Shown here piece after piece: positions 55,691-64,000 of a stretch of DNA of 64,000 nucleotides. A program made the position numbers and the translations under genes. The stretch is taken from assembly GCF_988242995.1 (NCBI RefSeq), contig NZ_OZ547043.1; one strand, written 5' to 3'. The first letter of the stretch is position 1. The number at the start of each line of letters is the position of its first letter. The notes beneath the pieces are model-generated. The model saw only the letters and a program-made list of their open reading frames with translations. It did not search any database and was not told the DNA's origin.

Positions 55691-56588
55691 ACCGTGATTC
55701 ATTCCCGCCAACAACCGCGCATTCCTCCAACGCCATGTGCAAAAATGCCTTCGCGGCGGCTGTCTGCCAGCTATTTTTCCGCCGCAATAAAACCGCCGTT
55801 CTCTCCAGTAACGGTGGGGCAAGGGATATAGCTTTAAGCCCGTCATGTTGTGTGGCAATCGCTGCTGGCAACAATGTGGAAAGGGAAGTGCGGCGAATCA
55901 GCTCCAGAACCGCGCTAATTGAGTTCGCCTCAATGACCACCTGTGGATGTAGCCCCGCTTTCTCGCAGTAGTGGTCAATTTGCTCTCTGGTGGCAAATTC
56001 CGCGCTGAGCAGGACCAGTTTTTCATCATGCAAGCGACTCAACGCCACCTGTTCACAGGCAGCCAGCGGATGATGTTGCGCCACGACTAACGCTAAACTT
56101 TCTGTCAGTAAAGGAATTGCCTCCAGCTCCGGCGAATGCACAGGCGCGAAGGCAATCCCAACGTCCAACTCGTCGCGACAAAGCAGATCTTCGATTTTCT
56201 CCTGCGACATTTCCTGTAGCTGGAGCGTGATGCCGGGGTAGCGCGCATAGAAATCCGCCATTAAAGGGCCGATAAAGTAGCTTGTAAAGGTGGGAGTGAC
56301 GGCGATACGCAGCGATCCTCGCGTCAGATCGGCAACATCATGAATCGCCCGTTTACCCGCCCCCAGTTCCTGTAACGCCCGGCTGGCGTACTGTCGCCAG
56401 ACTTCTCCTGCATCAGTGAGACGAATCGTTCGCCCGCTACGGTCAAACAGCGGCACGCCTAAACTCTCCTCTAACTGGCGAATCTGCTGGGAAAGCGCAG
56501 GCTGGGAGACGTGCAACGCACTGGCGGCACGGGTAAAGCTGCCATGTTCAGCCACGGCAAGAAAATAATTGATATGTCGAGAGAGCAT
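55689..56588 (-). CDS. cynR: LysR-family activator of the cyn operon
   Basis: ORF 55689..56612; start set to [22 protein letters not shown] (299 aa). Confidence 0.9.
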   Translation of the reverse strand: MLSRHINYFLAVAEHGSFTRAASALHVSQPALSQQIRQLEESLGVPLFDRSGRTIRLTDAGEVWRQYASRALQELGAGKRAIHDVADLTRGSLRIAVTPTFTSYFIGPLMADFYARYPGITLQLQEMSQEKIEDLLCRDELDVGIAFAPVHSPELEAIPLLTESLALVVAQHHPLAACEQVALSRLHDEKLVLLSAEFATREQIDHYCEKAGLHPQVVIEANSISAVLELIRRTSLSTLLPAAIATQHDGLKAISLAPPLLERTAVLLRRKNSWQTAAAKAFLHMALEECAVVGGNESR

Positions 56589-56697
56589 TCGCCAACCTAT
56601 AAGTAAATCCAATAGAACTCATCATAAATGAGACTTTTACCTTATGACAATCGGCGAGTAGTCTGCCTCTCATTCCAGAGACAGACAGAGGTTAACG

Positions 56698-57357
56698 GTG
56701 AAAGAGATTATTGATGGATTCCTTAAATTCCAGCGCGAGGCATTTCCGAAGCGGGAAGCCTTGTTTAAACAGCTGGCGACACAGCAAAGCCCGCGCACAC
56801 TTTTTATCTCCTGCTCCGACAGCCGTCTGGTCCCTGAGCTGGTGACGCAACGTGAGCCTGGCGATCTGTTCGTTATTCGCAACGCGGGCAATATTGTCCC
56901 TTCCTACGGGCCGGAACCCGGTGGCGTTTCTGCTTCGGTGGAGTATGCCGTCGCTGCGCTTCGGGTATCTGACATTGTGATTTGCGGTCATTCCAACTGT
57001 GGCGCGATGACCGCCATTGCCAGCTGTCAGTGCATGGACCATATGCCTGCCGTCTCCCACTGGCTGCGTTATGCCGATTCAGCCCGCGTCGTTAATGAGG
57101 CGCGCCCGCATCCCGATTTACCGTCAAAAGCTGCGGCGATGGTACGTGAAAACGTCATTGCTCAGTTGGCTAATTTGCAAACTCATCCATCGGTGCGCCT
57201 GGCGCTCGAAGAGGGGCGGATCGCCCTGCACGGCTGGGTCTACGACATTGAAAGCGGCAGCATCGCAGCTTTTGACGGCGCAACCCGCCAGTTTGTGCCA
57301 CTGGCAGCTAATCCTCGCGTTTGTGCCATACCGCTACGCCAACCGACCGCAGCGTAA
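56698..57357 (+). CDS. cynT: beta-class carbonic anhydrase
   Basis: 219 aa; CSDSR and HSNCGA zinc-ligand motifs. Confidence 0.9.
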   Translation: MKEIIDGFLKFQREAFPKREALFKQLATQQSPRTLFISCSDSRLVPELVTQREPGDLFVIRNAGNIVPSYGPEPGGVSASVEYAVAALRVSDIVICGHSNCGAMTAIASCQCMDHMPAVSHWLRYADSARVVNEARPHPDLPSKAAAMVRENVIAQLANLQTHPSVRLALEEGRIALHGWVYDIESGSIAAFDGATRQFVPLAANPRVCAIPLRQPTAA

Positions 57358-57369
57358 CCTTATTTTTAA

Positions 57370-57858
<489 letters not shown>

Positions 57859-58181
57859 CAGCCATGCGCAACCATCAAAAGACGTTCACGATGCTGCTGG
57901 TTCTGGTGCTGATTGGTCTTAATATGCGACCACTGCTCACCTCCGTCGGGCCACTGCTACCGCAATTGCGCCAGGCAAGCGGAATGAGCTTTAGCGTGGC
58001 TGCCCTGTTGACCGCTCTGCCGGTGGTTACCATGGGCGGGCTGGCGCTGGCCGGAAGCTGGCTTCATCAGCATGTCAGCGAACGTCGCAGCGTCGCCATC
58101 AGTTTGTTACTGATTGCCGTCGGTGCATTGATGCGTGAGCTTTACCCCCAAAGTGCGCTGCTGCTTAGCAGCGCACTGCTT

Positions 58182-58893
58182 GTGCACAGAAAACCCCCAG
58201 CTAGGCTGGGGGTTCCGGAAAGCTTTCAGCTTTGAGCCAGTTATTAAAACCCCTTTTGATTTGTTAAAACACCTTGCGGTCTGGCAACTGCAAGTGTCAA
58301 ACAAGAAATCAAAAGGGGGTCCCAATGGGGAACGAAAAGAGCTTAGCGCACACCCGATGGAACTGTAAATATCACATAGTTTTTGCGCCAAAATACCGAA
58401 GACAGGTGTTCTACAGAGAGAAGCGTAGAGCAATAGGCAGTATTTTGAGAAAGCTGTGTGAGTGGAAAAGCGTACGGATTCTGGAAGCTGAATGCTGTGC
58501 AGATCATATCCATATGCTTGTGGAGATCCCGCCCAAAATGAGCGTATCCGGGTTTATGGGATATCTGAAAGGGAAAAGCAGTCTGATGCTTTACGAGCAG
58601 TTTGGTGATTTGAAATTCAAATACAGGAACAGGGAGTTCTGGTGCAGAGGGTACTACGTCGATACAGTGGGTAAGAACACGGCGAAGATACAGGATTACA
58701 TAAAGCACCAGCTTGAAGAGGATAAAATGGGAGAGCAGTTATCGATTCCCTATCCGGGCAGCCCGTTTACGGGCCGTAAGTAACGAAGTTGGATGCAAAT
58801 GTCAGATCGTGTGCGCCTGTTAGGGCGCGGCTGGTAAGAGAGCCTTATAGGCGCATTTGAAAAACCTCCGGCTATGCCGGAGGATATTTATTT
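58182..58893 (+). mobile_element. IS200 (IS200/IS605 family) insertion element, ~712 bp
   Basis: Carries a 152-aa tnpA, left-end hairpin aaacccccagctaggctgggggtt and right-end hairpin cctccggctatgccggagg; precisely interrupts cynX with no evident target duplication. Confidence 0.85.
58325..58783 (+). CDS. tnpA: IS200 transposase TnpA (HUH Y1 transposase)
   Basis: ORF 58274..58783; MGNEKSLAHTRWNCKYHIVFAPKYRRQVFY...HIHMLVEIPPK (HuH motif)...YYVDTVG (catalytic Tyr region); matches recalled Salmonella IS200 TnpA. Confidence 0.9.
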   Translation: MGNEKSLAHTRWNCKYHIVFAPKYRRQVFYREKRRAIGSILRKLCEWKSVRILEAECCADHIHMLVEIPPKMSVSGFMGYLKGKSSLMLYEQFGDLKFKYRNREFWCRGYYVDTVGKNTAKIQDYIKHQLEEDKMGEQLSIPYPGSPFTGRK

Positions 58894-59771
58894 GGTGGAG
58901 TGGGGATCGGCATCATTCAGGCAGTGATGCCTTCGGTAATTAAGCGGCGGTTTCAGCACCGTACGCCACTGGTGATGGGGCTGTGGTCCGCGGCTCTGAT
59001 GGGCGGCGGTGGACTTGGTGCCGCCATTACGCCCTGGTTAGTTCAACATAGCGAAACCTGGTATCAAACACTCGCCTGGTGGGCGCTGCCTGCCGTTGTT
59101 GCGCTCTTTGCCTGGTGGTGGCAAAGCGCCCGCGAGGTCGCCTCTTCTCACAAGACAACAACCACTCCGGTTCGCGTGGTATTTACTCCCCGCGCGTGGA
59201 CGCTGGGTGTTTACTTCGGTCTGATTAACGGTGGTTACGCCAGCCTGATTGCCTGGTTACCCGCTTTCTATATTGAGATTGGTGCCAGCGCGCAGTACAG
59301 CGGTTCCTTGCTGGCATTGATGACGCTTGGGCAAGCAGCAGGGGCATTGCTGATGCCTGCTATGGCTCGCCATCAGGATCGGCGCAAACTTTTGATGCTG
59401 GCGCTGGCGTTACAACTGGTGGGGTTCTGCGGCTTTATCTGGCTGCCGCTGCAATTGCCGGTATTGTGGGCAATGGTGTGTGGGTTAGGTCTGGGCGGCG
59501 CATTTCCGCTCTGTTTGCTGCTGGCGCTCGATCACTCTGCGCAACCCGCTATTGCTGGCAAACTGGTGGCGTTTATGCAGGGGATCGGTTTTATCATCGC
59601 CGGGCTTGCCCCGTGGTTTTCTGGTGTGCTGCGTAGTATCAGTGGCAATTACTTGATGGACTGGGCGTTTCATGCGCTGTGCGTCGTTGGGCTGATGATC
59701 ATAACCCTGCGTTTTGCACCAGCACGTTTTCCGCAGCTGTGGGTCAAAGAGGCATGATGCGACGCTTGTTT

Positions 59772-59827
59772 CGCCAGATAATGGAAGAGTGAATTATTGT
59801 CGGATGTGCCCAATGGCGCATCCGACA
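59772..59827. repeat. copy of the prpE 3'-end/REP junction followed by a REP-like palindrome, downstream of cynX
   Basis: cgccagataatggaagagtgaattattgtcggatg (vs 52859-52893, 4 mismatches in 35) then tgtcggatgtgcccaatggcgcatccgaca. Confidence 0.5.
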
Positions 59828-59844
59828 TTTATTTCAGTGCTTAT

Positions 59845-60456
59845 TTAAACTGAAGGTTCAACTTTATAATCTTTGTAATAATAGTGCTTATCCCGGTCGT
59901 TTATTTCGCGAATAACCCGGCAAGGAACGCCAGCAGCCACGACGTTTGGTGGAATGTCTTTTATGACGACACTACCCGCGCCAATAACAGAATTATCCCC
60001 GATGGTGACGCCTGGATTAATGACCACATGACTTCCGATCCAGACGTTATTGCCAATCGTTATCGGAAAAGAGTACATCTCACCGTTTTTTCTCAATTCA
60101 TGGTGTACAGGGTGTCCCGTAACGGAAAGAGTAACATTGGGAGCAATCAGTACGTTATCACCGATTGTTACCGTGTAGTCATCGACAATGGTTAAATTAA
60201 AATTTGCATAAAAATTGCGGCCTATATGGATGTTGGAACCGTAAGAGAAATAGACGGGTGGTTCTACCCAGGCGTTTTCCCCTACCGTGGCAAACATTTC
60301 TTTAATCAGGCTTTCTCTTTTTTCAACTTCTGATGGATGCGAGTGATTAAACTCATACATTAACGTTTTCCCACGAAGTCTTTTTTCCGGTAAGCCTTCG
60401 CACATATCGGTAAATAGCTTGCCTGCTTTTATTCTTTCGGTCATCGACATGTTCAT
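59845..60456 (-). CDS. lacA: galactoside O-acetyltransferase (hexapeptide-repeat)
   Basis: ORF 59845..60507; start set to MNMSMTERIKAGKLF (203 aa). Confidence 0.9.
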   Translation of the reverse strand: MNMSMTERIKAGKLFTDMCEGLPEKRLRGKTLMYEFNHSHPSEVEKRESLIKEMFATVGENAWVEPPVYFSYGSNIHIGRNFYANFNLTIVDDYTVTIGDNVLIAPNVTLSVTGHPVHHELRKNGEMYSFPITIGNNVWIGSHVVINPGVTIGDNSVIGAGSVVIKDIPPNVVAAGVPCRVIREINDRDKHYYYKDYKVEPSV

Positions 60457-60482
60457 TGCGATCATTCCGTCCTGATATGTTG

Positions 60483-60512
60483 GTCGGATAAGGCGCTCGC
60501 GCCGCATCCGAC
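60483..60512. repeat. REP palindromic unit between lacY and lacA
   Basis: tcggataaggcgctcgcgccgcatccgaca. Confidence 0.5.
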
Positions 60513-60521
60513 ATTGATTGC

Positions 60522-61820
<1,299 letters not shown>

Positions 61821-61826
61821 TTATTA

Positions 61827-64000
<2,174 letters not shown>

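Larger units (their letters stand above)
57891..59757 (+). pseudogene. cynX: MFS cyanate transporter gene disrupted by IS200 insertion
   Basis: N-terminal reading frame (MLLVLVLIGLNMRPLL...LLLSSALL) stops being CynX-like at 58181; C-terminal frame (GGVGIGIIQAV...WVKEA) resumes at 58894; 712-bp insert between. Confidence 0.8.

Noticed and set aside
58107-58433. 108-aa minus-strand ORF spanning the cynX/IS200 junction
   Set aside because: Artefact of the insertion junction, antisense to tnpA and cynX.
60457-60521. N-terminal extension of the lacA ORF (MRRERLIRPTYQDGMIA...)
   Set aside because: The extension covers the REP element in the lacY-lacA spacer; start set at the downstream MNMSMTERI, which gives the expected 203 aa.

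Overview
This window reads as an Escherichia coli chromosomal segment with the gene order (partial hydrolase)-LysR/aldo-keto-reductase module-eaeH/fdeC-ykgA-rclCBA/rclR-ykgEFG-ykgH-betABI/betT-pdeL(yahA)-yahBCDEFGIJ-[ASCH + ABC transporter]-yahKLMNO-prpR/prpBCDE-codBA-cynR/cynTSX-lacAYZ (lacZ runs off the 3' edge). All protein identifications come from reading the translated ORFs against recalled family signatures and recalled E. coli K-12 gene order; no database search was run. The strain is not K-12-like in several places: a full-length 1417-aa intimin/invasin-type adhesin (eaeH/fdeC), an IS200 element inserted in cynX, an in-frame TGA splitting yahN, and a ~5.4 kb ASCH + CUT2 ABC-transporter block between yahJ and yahK. 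The best candidate for an undescribed system is the yahD-yahEFG-yahI-yahJ cluster: a three-protein FdrA/DUF1116/DUF2877-like set coupled to a carbamate kinase and a Tat-signal amidohydrolase, which looks like a paralogue of the oxamate-transcarbamylase module with unknown substrate, plus the adjacent transporter. No rRNA, tRNA or CRISPR array was recognised.
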